The notes under the pieces were generated by a model that was not told the DNA's origin, did not search any database, and was given only the letters and a program-made list of their open reading frames with translations. Below, one piece after another: positions 1-10,373 of a stretch of 64,000 bases of DNA. The stretch lies in contig CAZLEX010000002.1 of assembly GCA_964558655.1 (NCBI GenBank), positions 1,600-65,599 on the forward strand, given 5' to 3'. The translations under genes and the position numbers were made by a program. Position 1 is the first letter of the stretch. The number at the start of each line of letters is the position of its first letter. The stretch comes from an uncultured Oscillospiraceae bacterium (GTDB taxonomy: Bacteria > Bacillota > Clostridia > Oscillospirales > SIG627).

Positions 1-157
1 AAAGTTTGCCAAGTTCTCTGTAAGCTTTTTCAATATTCTTTTCTTCGTCGGAAATTACGCTGTTAATTTTCGTAATTTCTCCGAAATCCTTTGTCTTTTG
101 AACTGCTGTTTGACCTGCTTGCGATATCTTTTTACCCAAATCGTCGAAAAAAGCCAT
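1..157 (-). CDS. hypothetical protein, N-terminal 52 codons only (gene continues past window start)
   Basis: The reverse complement has GGAGG 6 nt upstream of ATG(157). It then reads MAFFDDLGKKISQAGQTAVQKTKDFGEITKINSVISDEEKNIEKAYRELGKL with no stop before position 1. It is absent from the ORF track because it is open-ended. Confidence 0.5.
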   Translation of the reverse strand, partial: MAFFDDLGKKISQAGQTAVQKTKDFGEITKINSVISDEEKNIEKAYRELGKL

Positions 158-233
158 ATTTTACCTCCGAATATGTTATATAATTACTAACATTATTATA
201 ATATCACAAAAAAACGGAATTGACAAGAGTTTT

Positions 234-662
234 TTAATGTTCACAACAATGACTGCAACCACCCGAGCAGAATTTTGTTTTATCGTACTCGATTCCGTTT
301 TTGTCGTAATAATCTTTTACTGCTGCTTTAACCGCTTCTTCTGCAAGAACCGAGCAATGAATTTTTGCAGGGGGGAGACCGTCAAGAGCTTCAACTACCG
401 CTTTGTTTGAAAGCTCCAACGCTTCTTCAATTGAGCGGCCTTTAATCATTTCGGTTGCCATTGAACTTGTCGCTATTGCCGAACCGCAACCGAAAGTGTT
501 AAATTTTACATCTACGATGATACCGTCCCGTACTTTAATGTACATTTTCATGATATCTCCGCATTTTACATTGCCTACTTCACCTATGCCGTCGGCATCG
601 TCCATTTTGCCGACATTTCTCGGATTTTTGAAGTGATCCATAACTTTTTCACTGTATAGCAT
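234..662 (-). CDS. iscU: Fe-S cluster assembly scaffold, NifU N-terminal/IscU type
   Basis: MLYSEKVMDHFKNPRNVG... carries the three scaffold Cys contexts (VKCGD, FGCGSAIA, IHCSVLA). I trimmed the start to the internal Met (662) so the gene does not overlap the nifS stop at 677. It lies immediately downstream of nifS. Confidence 0.88.
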   Translation of the reverse strand: MLYSEKVMDHFKNPRNVGKMDDADGIGEVGNVKCGDIMKMYIKVRDGIIVDVKFNTFGCGSAIATSSMATEMIKGRSIEEALELSNKAVVEALDGLPPAKIHCSVLAEEAVKAAVKDYYDKNGIEYDKTKFCSGGCSHCCEH

Positions 663-676
663 AAATTTTCCCTTTC

Positions 677-1873
677 TTAAAGTATAAATTTTCTTTCGCC
701 CGTCTGAAGTTCCTCCCAAACAGGAGAAATAGACCTCAAATAATCAACTACTTCTTCAACGCTTTTTATAATATAATCAATTTCTTTTTCCGTTATTTCC
801 GGAGAAATGGTTAACCGAAGAGAACCGTGTGCAACATCTTTCGGAAGCCCTATTGCGAGAAGCACATGACTTGGATCAAGAGATCCGGAAGTGCAAGCCG
901 ATCCGGAACTTGCCTCAACTCCTTTGTCATCAAGTAAAAGGAGCAAACTTTCTCCCTCAATTCCTTCAAAGCAGAAATTTACATTTCCCGGAAGTCTTGC
1001 CTCTTCACTGCCGTTAAGGACGGAATGAGGAATTTTGGCAAGACCTTTTATTAATCTTGTACGCAGCGGAATGAGAGTTTCGGAATTTTCTTTGATTTTG
1101 GCACAGGCTTCTTCCAATGCTTCCGTCATTCCGGCAATGGCGGGCAAATTCTCCGTTCCCGCCCGTTTGCCTCTTTCCTGTGCTCCGCCTTCGATAATAT
1201 TTTTAAGGACAATACCTTTTTTTGCGTAAAGTGCACCTATGCCTCGCGGACCGTTAAATTTGTGTGCCGACAGTGAAAGAAGGTCGATATTCATTTTTTC
1301 GACATTGATATCTATATGCCCCACTGCCTGAACTGCGTCCGTATGGAAGGGGATTTTATACTCACGGCATATTTTTCCTATTTCGGCTATCGGCTGAATT
1401 GTACCTATTTCATTGTTGGCCGTCATAACGCTTACCAAACAGGTTTCGTCCTTTATAGCGGCTTTTATGTCGCACGGATTTACAATTCCGTTCTTTCCGA
1501 CATCTATCAAAGTTATTTCAAATCCGTCTTTTTTCAGCTTTTCCAAAGTGTGCAACACGGCGTGATGTTCAAAAGCGGTCGAAATAATATGATTTTTCCC
1601 CCTTGATTTTCCTTTAAGTGCACAGGAAATAATCGCTTGATTATCGGATTCGCTTCCTCCGGAAGTAAAGTAAATTTCGTCGGGATTTGCACCGAGTGCT
1701 GCGGCAATTCTTTTTCTGCAACTGTAAAGCTCTTCTGCCGCAAGCTGTCCCGAAGTGTGAAGCGATGACGGATTCCCGGGATATTTTTCGGCACATTCAA
1801 TCATCTTTTCCAAAGCTCGCTTGCTTATTTTTGTTGTAGCTGCATTATCTGCATATATTCTCATTTTTGACAT
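677..1873 (-). CDS. nifS: cysteine desulfurase (NifS/IscS class)
   Basis: 398 aa. It has the PLP-lysine context SAHKFNGPRG, the catalytic Cys loop SSGSACTSG and an N-terminal YADNAATT motif. It sits in an operon with the Rrf2 regulator and iscU. Confidence 0.92.
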   Translation of the reverse strand: MSKMRIYADNAATTKISKRALEKMIECAEKYPGNPSSLHTSGQLAAEELYSCRKRIAAALGANPDEIYFTSGGSESDNQAIISCALKGKSRGKNHIISTAFEHHAVLHTLEKLKKDGFEITLIDVGKNGIVNPCDIKAAIKDETCLVSVMTANNEIGTIQPIAEIGKICREYKIPFHTDAVQAVGHIDINVEKMNIDLLSLSAHKFNGPRGIGALYAKKGIVLKNIIEGGAQERGKRAGTENLPAIAGMTEALEEACAKIKENSETLIPLRTRLIKGLAKIPHSVLNGSEEARLPGNVNFCFEGIEGESLLLLLDDKGVEASSGSACTSGSLDPSHVLLAIGLPKDVAHGSLRLTISPEITEKEIDYIIKSVEEVVDYLRSISPVWEELQTGERKFIL

Positions 1874-2304
1874 CTCGCTTTCTCGGATCCGGGTGCGTTT
1901 TCGTGCATGGCAAGATCCGCCAATGTTGTGGAATCTATATATTCGTTTATTACTCGGTTAAGCCCCTCCCAAAACGCAAAAGTCGCACAGTGAGTGCTGT
2001 TTGAGCAACTGCTTGTACTTCCCTCGACACATTTTAACGGAGCAAGACTTCCCTCCGATGCTCTTAAAATATCTCCTGCGGTATACTCTTCCGGAGGTTT
2101 TGAAAGGCGGTAACCTCCGCTTTTACCGCGACTGCTTTCTATCATTCCCGCTCTTGATAAAAGTGCCGTTATTTGTTCGAGATATTTCATTGAAACCTGC
2201 TGACGCTCCGAAATTGTTTTCAAAGGTATGAATTCTTCTTTAGGAGATGTTGCAAGGTCCATCATTATTTTGAGTGCGTATCTGCCTCTTGTGGATATTT
2301 TCAT
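1861..2304 (-). CDS. Rrf2-family transcriptional regulator (IscR/CymR-like)
   Basis: MKISTRGRYALKIMMDLA... is a typical Rrf2 wHTH N-terminus. The Cys triad CVEGSTSSCSNSTHC is plausible for cluster ligation. It overlaps the nifS start by 13 nt. Confidence 0.85.
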   Translation of the reverse strand: MKISTRGRYALKIMMDLATSPKEEFIPLKTISERQQVSMKYLEQITALLSRAGMIESSRGKSGGYRLSKPPEEYTAGDILRASEGSLAPLKCVEGSTSSCSNSTHCATFAFWEGLNRVINEYIDSTTLADLAMHENAPGSEKARCQK

Positions 2305-2518
2305 TATACTTCTCCTTTCATTTCCTAATTATACCATAGGTTTAGTAGGAATACAATACTTTTTTAAAAAAATCGTAAAATTACTGTTCAAATCTCACCC
2401 ATCACTGATAATTGAACAAATTTACCTAAAGTACTTGAAAATCGAATAAGTTTATTTTATAATTGCAATACAACGATTTTTTATTTTCTTTTTATCGCAA
2501 AAACAGAGGAAACTTTTT

Positions 2519-3577
2519 ATGTATTATTCTACCGGTTACAATACTGAAATGACAAGAGGGAAAAAACGCATCGCATTAATACTGTCATTTTTTGTTACAA
2601 TAATTTCTCTTTCTGTTTTACTGTACATTGTTTTCGTTTATAAATCTCACACGGTTTACGAAATAGAAAAAATCGATGCAAAGCTCGAATATGAGGACGG
2701 TCTCTTGGTATCCGATGACTGTGCATATTTGTACAATGAGTACGGCGGAAGTTTATCGAAAAGTAATTTGTTTTCGTTGCCGATTTATCAATATGACGGA
2801 CCGGAGGCTGATTACTTATACTACAAATTCGATACAAAATATTATGCGGCTTCCCGTGAAAATCAATTGCTTTCTCCGGCGAATACCCAAACGACATTAA
2901 TGTTAAAATACGAGGGTATTGTTTACGAAGTTGATATTGAGAATAAAAGCTGTAAAAAACTTTTGTCGGACTGTGAAATTCATTCGGTTTCATTGGGCGG
3001 AACATATTACCTTGAAATATCCGACAACCGTTACGCTTTTTATAAGCTTAATAAAGATGAGCTTTGTTATTCCTCTGCCATGCAGTTACAATCGGATTTC
3101 CCCGTTGAATTTTGCTTTTGGTTAAATGACAGGTACTTGCTTGTAAAAACTTATACGGATACATCCGTACTTTACAATATCGTCGATGCGTCTAACGGAG
3201 AGGCTACGGTATGCGGGTCAATAAATAATAATGTTCCCGAAAATCAAAAAAAGCTCTTTTCGGATAAATATCTCATTTCGGATATTGACAGTGACAGAAT
3301 TGACATTTTTGATATATATACGCAGGAAACAGTTAAGTTTAAATTAAAAAATGCCGAAAAATATACGGTACTGCAAGTGTCAAATGATGCTTCATATGCC
3401 ATAGTGGAAAAAGACGGTGAAACATTTTTAATTTCAAAAAAAGGAAAGATACTGTCTTTTAAGGATATTACAGGCAATAACTGTAGCGATTCTTTTTTTA
3501 TCAAAGATAACATAATGGTAGCGGTTTTTGATGACGGTACATCGTGTTATTCTTCAATTTACAAAATAATTTTTTAA
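2519..3577 (+). CDS. hypothetical single-pass membrane protein with a large extracytoplasmic domain
   Basis: 352-aa ORF with one N-terminal TM segment (IALILSFFVTIISLSVLLYIVFV). I recognise no family signature. Confidence 0.55.
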   Translation: MYYSTGYNTEMTRGKKRIALILSFFVTIISLSVLLYIVFVYKSHTVYEIEKIDAKLEYEDGLLVSDDCAYLYNEYGGSLSKSNLFSLPIYQYDGPEADYLYYKFDTKYYAASRENQLLSPANTQTTLMLKYEGIVYEVDIENKSCKKLLSDCEIHSVSLGGTYYLEISDNRYAFYKLNKDELCYSSAMQLQSDFPVEFCFWLNDRYLLVKTYTDTSVLYNIVDASNGEATVCGSINNNVPENQKKLFSDKYLISDIDSDRIDIFDIYTQETVKFKLKNAEKYTVLQVSNDASYAIVEKDGETFLISKKGKILSFKDITGNNCSDSFFIKDNIMVAVFDDGTSCYSSIYKIIF

Positions 3578-3596
3578 TAAAGGCAGGGTTGGTAAG

Positions 3597-5950
3597 ATGA
3601 AAAAAATTTCTTTATGCGGAGAATGGAAACTTGCGGTAATGCCGCACGAAACAAGCGTTAATTGTTCGTGCTCGCAGGAACTTCATGATTTAAATGTCGA
3701 AATAATTCCCGCAACGGTTCCCGGAAATTTGGAGCTTGATTTGAACAAAGCCGGAAAAGTCGACGATTTGTTTTTCGGAACCAATCCGGACAAAATCAGA
3801 AGATATACGGAAAAACTGCATTGCTATTATTTTAAATCGTTTACCTTTGAGGAATTCGAAAACGATCCCGTTTTGTGTTTTGAAGGTCTTGACTGTTATG
3901 CCGATGTATACTTGAACGGTAAAAAGTAGCCTCATATGACAATATGCTCATTGAGCATAAATGCGAAATTTCATCTTTTTTGAAAAAAGGCGAAAACGAA
4001 ATATTCGTTCACATCAAACCCGCTGTAAAAGAAGCTTTAAAATACGATTATTCGTTTTTGATAAGTGCCGGTCCGTCAGCTTACGAACAGCTTTATGTAA
4101 GAAAACCGGCACATATGTACGGCTGGGATGTTATGCCGAGATACTTGTCGGCAGGTATTTGGAAGCCTGTTTATATCGAATTGCACGAAAAAAAAGAAGA
4201 GATTGACAAATTTTTCTTAAGTACAACTGTTCTCGGTGAAGATACTGCAACGCTGGAGCTTCAATATTCGGCAAAATGCGATATATTCGGCGATATAAAA
4301 TTTAAACTGTTCGGCAAGTGCGAAGACAGTATTATCGAAGCTGAAATTCCTCTCGTTTTTCCGAAGGGAAGAAAGAAAATCATTGTCAAAAACCCGAAAT
4401 TATGGTGGCCGAAAGGATTCGGAGCCCCTAATCTTTATGAATGTGTTTTGACATTGGTAAGGGACGGAAAGGTTATTGACGAGGTTAAATTTAATCACGG
4501 AATAAGAACCGTACGCCTTGACTGTACCGATATTATAGATGATGACGGCAACGGGGAATTTGTTTTTGTTGTCAATAACAGAAAAGTGTTTATTAAAGGT
4601 TCCAACTGGCTTCCAGCCGATCCGTTCCATTCGCGTGATAAAGAAAGAATTCCCTCCATGATAAAATTGGCAGAAGAAATAAACTGCAATATGCTAAGGT
4701 GCTGGGGCGGAAATGTATATGAAGACGACTTGTTTTACGAGCTTTGCGATAAAGCGGGAATTATGGTATGGCAGGATTTCTGCTTTGCGTGCGGTAAATA
4801 TCCGCAAGACGACGAATTTATAAAGCGTGTACGAATTGAGGCCATACAGGTCGTAAAAAGACTTCGTTCACACCCTTGTATTGCACTTTGGTCGGGGGAT
4901 AATGAATGTGATATTCGTTGGGTGCTCTCTGAAAGTATTAAAGTCGATCCGAATAAAAATGTTATTTCCCGAAAAGTTTTGCCCGATGTAGTCGAACAGT
5001 ATGATACTGCGTCTTCATATTTGCCGAGTTCCCCGTATATTAATCCGACAATTGCAAGTATGGTTTTAAAAGATAAACGCGGATTTGAAAGTGAAGCTTT
5101 ACTGTCTGCTCCCGAATGGCACGCTTATCTTTGGTACGGTTACTTTAAAAAAGGTTTTGCGACAGTATCGAAACTGAAATTTGTAAGTGAATTCGGTTCA
5201 ATGGGAACTCCGTCTCCGGAGAGTATAAAAAAATTCATTTCACCTGAAAAATTATGGCCTTACGATGAGAATAACGATGAATGGAAAATGCATTTAACAA
5301 CCGCCATTCCGGAGCTTTGCGAAAATGATTTCAGAATTAAAATTTTCTTTGAGCAGCTCATGACAATATTTAACAAAGAACCGGACAGTTTAAGTGATTT
5401 TTCGATAAAAAGCCAAATTACTCAAGGTGAACAGTTAAAATATTACATGGAACTGTTCAGAGCTCAAAAATGGAATAAGACCGGAATAGTTTGGTGGAAC
5501 TTAATCGACGGTTGGCCTCAATTTTCAGACGCTGTTGTTGATTATTATTTTGATAAGAAAAAGGCTTTTTACGACTTGAAGTCATGTCAGCAAGATGTTT
5601 GTCTTATTGTTACCGATTCCAAAGACGGAAAATTTCATGATTTAACGGTAGCCAATGATACTTTGAATAATATTAAAATTAATTATTCCGTAAAAGATGC
5701 TGACAGCGGGGAAATGCTCGCTTCGGGTTCTTCGCATGTTCTTGAAAATACAAGTACCGTTGTTTCAAAAATTCCGGTATCTTCGTCTACTCGTTTTCTG
5801 CTTATTGAATGGGACGGAGATGTCAACGGAAAGAACCACTACTTAGATATACAGGAGAACAAGGAAAAAATATCAAAAGAACAGTATATCGGCTGGCTGA
5901 AGAAATGCGGTTTGTGCACAGAGTGGGTTAATAAGATAAGTTTGTGGTAA
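3597..5950 (+). pseudogene. glycoside hydrolase family 2, beta-mannosidase-like, split by a frame change at 3921-3929
   Basis: ORF 3597-3929 ends ...YADVYLNGKK*. The -1 frame continues directly as VASYDNMLIEHKCEISSFLKKGENEIFV... through to 5950. Together they form one GH2 protein (FEGLDCYADVYLNGK, WGGNVYEDD, WSGDNEC). The break lies at GGT AAA AAG TAG. Confidence 0.8.
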
Positions 5951-5969
5951 TGTAAAACATAATATTGCC

Positions 5970-6004
5970 AATGAGTCCGGTTTATATCGGACTCATTTTC
6001 TTTT
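5970..6004 (+). terminator. rho-independent terminator after the GH2 gene
   Basis: Hairpin AATGAGTCCG-N8-CGGACTCATT followed by a T-rich tract. Confidence 0.65.
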
Positions 6005-6074
6005 GAAAATTTTCCGTTCGCCGAAAACGGTTTACATATTTTTAAATTTACCGAAGTAATATGAATATGTATTT

Positions 6075-6521
6075 ATGTATTTTGGGAGCGGTAAGTTGAA
6101 AAAAATATTTTTAATATACATTATTTTTCTGCTTTTATTTGTGATTTTAAAAATTGATTTTCACGGGGATTTCATAACACGCATACATTTATTTGAATCC
6201 GGAAATTATAAAAATTTCAACACGGTTGTTTTTAACACTTTCAAAATGTATAAAAACAATTTAAATTCATGTTGGAGCATTTTTAATATCGTCGGTAATA
6301 TTTTACCGTTTTTCTTTTTCGGACTTCTTTTAAAATCGGCTTGGAAAGAAAAAAATTTTTTCGAACTTTTCTTTTTTTCTTCCTGCTTATTTACTTTGTT
6401 TGAAATTATTCAATATATTTTCATGATAGGTGTATGCGATATAGACGATTTGATAACGAATGTTTTTTTCGCTTCATTCGGGATAATATTTTATAAATTT
6501 TTAAAAAAATCAAAGCTTTAA
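6075..6521 (+). CDS. VanZ-like membrane protein
   Basis: 148 aa with about 4 TM segments. The NILPFFFFG ... FEIIQ ... DIDDLITNVFFASFG pattern matches my memory of the VanZ family. Confidence 0.55.
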   Translation: MYFGSGKLKKIFLIYIIFLLLFVILKIDFHGDFITRIHLFESGNYKNFNTVVFNTFKMYKNNLNSCWSIFNIVGNILPFFFFGLLLKSAWKEKNFFELFFFSSCLFTLFEIIQYIFMIGVCDIDDLITNVFFASFGIIFYKFLKKSKL

Positions 6522-6598
6522 TATTATTTTGCAATTAACAAAAAACCTATTGATTTTAATTCGGTTTTGTAATAGAATTATATCGGAGGAGGGATACC

Positions 6599-7768
6599 TT
6601 GTTTCGTAAATTTACAGATTTGTTTATAAAAAGAAAAGATACACTTACAAAAAATCAATTAAGAGAAAAATACGGGAATTTTTCCGGATTGGTCGGTATT
6701 TTTTGTAATTTTATTTTGGCAACGGTTAAATTTTTTATAGGAGCTCTTACCGGAAGCATTTCGGTCAGTGCGGATGCGGTAAATAATCTTTCGGATTCTT
6801 TGACATCGGTTTTGTCGATAGCGGCATTTAAAATTGCATCAAAACCTGCCGACAAAAAGCACCCGTTCGGTCATGCGAGAATTGAGTATATAGTTTCCAT
6901 GATACTTTCGTTTTTCTTATTGACCGTAGGCGTTGACCTTTTAAAATCGTCTTTTGAGAAAATATCGTCGCCGGCTTCCGTTTCCTATTCGTTCCCGATT
7001 TTAATAATACTTTTATTGACCGTATTGTTGAAAATCTGGCTTTCTTTTTTTTACCGCTTTATTTCAAACGAAATAGATTCCGATATGTTAAAAGCAAATG
7101 CCGCCGACAGTCTTTCCGATGCACTGTCAACATTTGCCGTTCTGATTTCGGCGTTGATATCCGAATATACCGACTTTAATCTTGACGGATATGTCGGGGT
7201 TCTTGTTTCCGTATTTTTGCTTGTTAATGCGTTTAAAATACTTAACGACACAAAAAATCATATACTCGGCACGGAACCCGATGCTCAACTTATCAAACAG
7301 ATATACAATTTCGCCATAGCCAATGACGAGATTATCGCAATACATGATTTGTACATACATAATTACGGTCCCGGAAGATGTTTTGCCACATTTCATGCCG
7401 AAGTAGACGGGAAGAAGGATATTTTCGTTACACACGACGCTATTGATAATGTTGAAAAGGGCATATTGAATGAATTCGGTATACAGTGTACGATACATCT
7501 CGATCCGATTATCAATGATGACGAAGAAGTTTTAAATCTGAAAAATCAAACTTCCGCTATCGTCGAAGAAATAAATTCCGAATTTTCCATTCACGATTTT
7601 CGTTTTGTTCCCGGAGATACCCATTTTAATTTGATTTTCGATGTGCTTGTTCCGTTTAATTGCAAAATGAGTGACGAAGAAATAAAGAATTTGATTGAAA
7701 TAAAAATAAAAAAATTATCAAACAGTTATTTTACCGTTGTTACAGTAGACAGAGGAGAAAAGATATGA
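6599..7768 (+). CDS. cation diffusion facilitator (CDF) family metal efflux transporter
   Basis: TTG start after GGAGGAGGG. Contains SADAVNNLSDS and HPFGHARIEY motifs, six TM segments and a C-terminal cytoplasmic domain. Confidence 0.85.
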   Translation: MFRKFTDLFIKRKDTLTKNQLREKYGNFSGLVGIFCNFILATVKFFIGALTGSISVSADAVNNLSDSLTSVLSIAAFKIASKPADKKHPFGHARIEYIVSMILSFFLLTVGVDLLKSSFEKISSPASVSYSFPILIILLLTVLLKIWLSFFYRFISNEIDSDMLKANAADSLSDALSTFAVLISALISEYTDFNLDGYVGVLVSVFLLVNAFKILNDTKNHILGTEPDAQLIKQIYNFAIANDEIIAIHDLYIHNYGPGRCFATFHAEVDGKKDIFVTHDAIDNVEKGILNEFGIQCTIHLDPIINDDEEVLNLKNQTSAIVEEINSEFSIHDFRFVPGDTHFNLIFDVLVPFNCKMSDEEIKNLIEIKIKKLSNSYFTVVTVDRGEKI

Positions 7769-8706
7769 ATAAAAAATCAAAAAGCTCAGGTGGAAAAATT
7801 ATAACGCTTATTTTGTTGGTTATCGTTGTGGCTGCTGCCGCAGTAATCGTTTACAATTTTTTCGGCAAATCCGATGAAGATTTAAATAATCCGACGCCTG
7901 ACAGTAATCAACAAACCGACAACAGTCAAAACGGTGACGACTCCGCCGTTTCGGATAACATAAACAGTTCGGATAAAACCGATCCCGCAGTGACTGTTGA
8001 TGAACCGAATGTCCCGGATTTATCCGAAACCGCACCGAAACCGGTTTATACTCAGCAGGAATTGCTTAGTCTTTATCCCGGGGCGGTGTTGCCTCTTTCA
8101 CAGGACGCAGGTGACGATTATATAAACGATATATATTTTGTGGGAGACTCGACCACTCACGGAATGGCATATTACGGGGTGCTGAAAGACGGGAAAGAAA
8201 CAGATAAAGTTTGGACGCCAAGATCGGGTACTCTTGCCATATGGAATGTTCTTACGGAAAAAATCGTACTTCCGGAAGATGATAGCGAAATGACAATAAT
8301 TGAGGCAGTGTCGTTGAAAAAACCTAAAAAAATTGTTTTCACTCTCGGCGTCAACGGCGTATCCAGTCAATCCGAAGATGCTTTTGTGTCTTTTTATTCG
8401 GATTTAATTGACGGCGTTAAAAAAGCATCTCCCGATACGGTTATTATTTTGCAGTCGATTTATCCCGTTTGTTCTTACTATCAGTATGTGAATTCGATTT
8501 CTATGGAAAAAATCAACCTTGCAAATTCTTGGATAGCAAAACTTGCATATGACAAGAACTGTTATTATCTTAATACCTGTTCGGTTTTGGTCGATGAAAG
8601 CGGATATCTGAACCCCGATTATTGCAACGGTGACGGAATTCATATTTCACCCGAAGGGTTTGAGGTAATACTCGATTATATAAAAACACATTCGATACAG
8701 CAATGA
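7765..8706 (+). CDS. membrane-anchored SGNH/GDSL-family hydrolase
   Basis: N-terminal TM segment, a low-complexity Ser/Asp/Asn linker, the GDS block (FVGDSTTHG) and the C-terminal DGIH block (GDGIHISPEG). Its start overlaps the CDF gene's stop codon (ATGA). Confidence 0.75.
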   Translation: MNKKSKSSGGKIITLILLVIVVAAAAVIVYNFFGKSDEDLNNPTPDSNQQTDNSQNGDDSAVSDNINSSDKTDPAVTVDEPNVPDLSETAPKPVYTQQELLSLYPGAVLPLSQDAGDDYINDIYFVGDSTTHGMAYYGVLKDGKETDKVWTPRSGTLAIWNVLTEKIVLPEDDSEMTIIEAVSLKKPKKIVFTLGVNGVSSQSEDAFVSFYSDLIDGVKKASPDTVIILQSIYPVCSYYQYVNSISMEKINLANSWIAKLAYDKNCYYLNTCSVLVDESGYLNPDYCNGDGIHISPEGFEVILDYIKTHSIQQ

Positions 8707-8726
8707 ACGGTAAAATACTAAGGCAA

Positions 8727-8736
8727 TAAAATTCGG
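8727..8736 (+). repeat. left copy of the 10-bp direct repeat TAAAATTCGG flanking the hsdS array
   Basis: An identical 10-mer occurs at 12138-12147. This copy lies 10 nt upstream of the hsdS-1 ATG. Confidence 0.7.
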
Positions 8737-8746
8737 AGGAAAATAA

Positions 8747-10309
8747 ATGACCGGACAACAGCTAAAAAACTCAATATTGCAGATGGCTGTTCAAGGAAAA
8801 CTTGTTGTGCAAGACCCGAATGACGAACCGGCATCTGTGTTACTTAAAAGAATCAGAGAAGAAAAAGAAAAACTTATCAAAGAAGGCAAAATTAAAAAAG
8901 AAAAAAATCCTTCTTATATTTTCAAAGGTGCCGATAATTTGCCTTATGAGAAAGTCGGCGAGAATGAGCCGGTATGTATTGCAGATGAGGTGCCGTTTGA
9001 GATTCCGGATAGTTGGGAATGGGTGCGATTGGGAACAATTCTTCATAAATTAAGCGACGGAACTCATTCCAGACCGCAGTATGTCCCCTTTGGTGTCCCG
9101 TTTATTTCTGTTAAAGATGTAAGTAGTGGAAAATTAGATTTTTCTGATTGCAAATACATTACAGAAGAACACCGCGAACTGTATAGTAAATGCAATCCCG
9201 AGCAAGGAGACATATTGCTAACAAAGGTTGGAACCACGGGTATTCCGGTGATTGTGGATACTATTGATGAATTTAGCTTGTTTGTCAGTGTGGCTCTTCT
9301 GAAATTCAATCAAGAATTGTTGTGCAACGAATATTTGGTTTGCTTGATAAATTCACCATTAGTGCAGAAGCAAGCTGAGGAAAACACTCGCGGAGTAGGA
9401 AATAAGAACTGGGTAATGCGAGATATAGCAAACACTTTAATTGTTATTCCACCACTTTTAGAACAACAAAGAATTGTAAGTAAACTACTAGAGATTCTAC
9501 CGTTTGCTGATAACTATACCCACACCTACTCTAAAGCAGAAGAATTAAACAAAAACTTTCCGGAACTGCTCAAGAAGTCCATTTTGCAAGAAGCTGTTCA
9601 AGGCAAACTTGTTCCGCAAGATGAAAATGACGAACCGGCGAGTGTACTTTTGGAACGCATTAGAGCCGAAAAACAAAAGTTGATTGCAGAAGGGAAAATA
9701 AAAAAAGACAAGCACGAATCCGTCATTTTCAGAAGGGGTAATTCTTATTATGAGAAGTTAGACGGAATTGAGCGTTGTATCGACGATGAAATACCGTTTA
9801 AGATACCGGATAACTGGTGTTGGGAACGCTGGGGAAATATAACGCAAAGCATACAGTACGGTTATAATGCACCGGCAAAGAATGAAGGAAAAATCAAAAT
9901 GGTACGCATTAGCGATATACATAATAATACTGTTCAATGGAATACTGTTCCGTTTTGCGATATTGCAAATGAAGATATAGAAACATATCTTTTAAAACCC
10001 AATGATATATTGTTTGCCCGAACCGGAGGAACGGTTGGAAAGTCATATTTAGTGACTGAAATAGTTGAAGATGCTATATACGCCGGATATTTGATTAGGA
10101 CTCGTTATAGTGATGAACTTGTTGCAAGATATTTGAAATACTTTATGGAAAGTGAATTATATTGGTCGCAACTACATTCAGGAACTATTGCAACAGCTCA
10201 ACCGAATTGCAACGGTCAAACATTGTCCAAAATGTTATTACCAATACCGCCACGGCTTGAACAAGAGAGAATAACAAAAATGATTGATGTTCTTTTTGAA
10301 AAAATATAG
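8747..10309 (+). CDS. hsdS: type I restriction-modification specificity subunit HsdS (copy 1), CR-TRD-CR-TRD layout
   Basis: 520 aa. The conserved-region signature ILQ.AVQGKLV.QD.NDEPASVLL.RIR.EK.KLI.EGKIKK occurs at the N-terminus and mid-protein. Each of the two variable TRDs ends in P(P)L.EQ.RI. Confidence 0.9.
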   Translation: MTGQQLKNSILQMAVQGKLVVQDPNDEPASVLLKRIREEKEKLIKEGKIKKEKNPSYIFKGADNLPYEKVGENEPVCIADEVPFEIPDSWEWVRLGTILHKLSDGTHSRPQYVPFGVPFISVKDVSSGKLDFSDCKYITEEHRELYSKCNPEQGDILLTKVGTTGIPVIVDTIDEFSLFVSVALLKFNQELLCNEYLVCLINSPLVQKQAEENTRGVGNKNWVMRDIANTLIVIPPLLEQQRIVSKLLEILPFADNYTHTYSKAEELNKNFPELLKKSILQEAVQGKLVPQDENDEPASVLLERIRAEKQKLIAEGKIKKDKHESVIFRRGNSYYEKLDGIERCIDDEIPFKIPDNWCWERWGNITQSIQYGYNAPAKNEGKIKMVRISDIHNNTVQWNTVPFCDIANEDIETYLLKPNDILFARTGGTVGKSYLVTEIVEDAIYAGYLIRTRYSDELVARYLKYFMESELYWSQLHSGTIATAQPNCNGQTLSKMLLPIPPRLEQERITKMIDVLFEKI

Positions 10310-10317
10310 CAACACTT

Positions 10318-10373
10318 ATGCCGTTACCACCCCTTGCAGAACAACACCGCATTGTTGATAAAATCAAAGAAGT
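10318..10373 (+). pseudogene. relic 3' end of an hsdS gene (MPLPPLAEQHRIVDKIKE...)
   Basis: Reads the HsdS C-terminal motif PLPPLAEQHRIVDKIKE. It is nucleotide-identical to the 3' end of hsdS-2 over 48 bp, and no TRD lies upstream of it. Confidence 0.65.
10324..10371 (+). repeat. perfect 48-bp direct repeat, copy 1
   Basis: TTACCACCCCTTGCAGAACAACACCGCATTGTTGATAAAATCAAAGAA is identical to 12066-12113. I checked it base by base. Confidence 0.92.

Noticed and set aside
2305-2345. Possible Rrf2/IscR operator (ATACCATAGGTTTAGTAGGAATAC) upstream of the regulator gene
   Set aside because: The dyad symmetry is weak by eye, and I cannot recall a consensus for this clade with enough certainty to call it.
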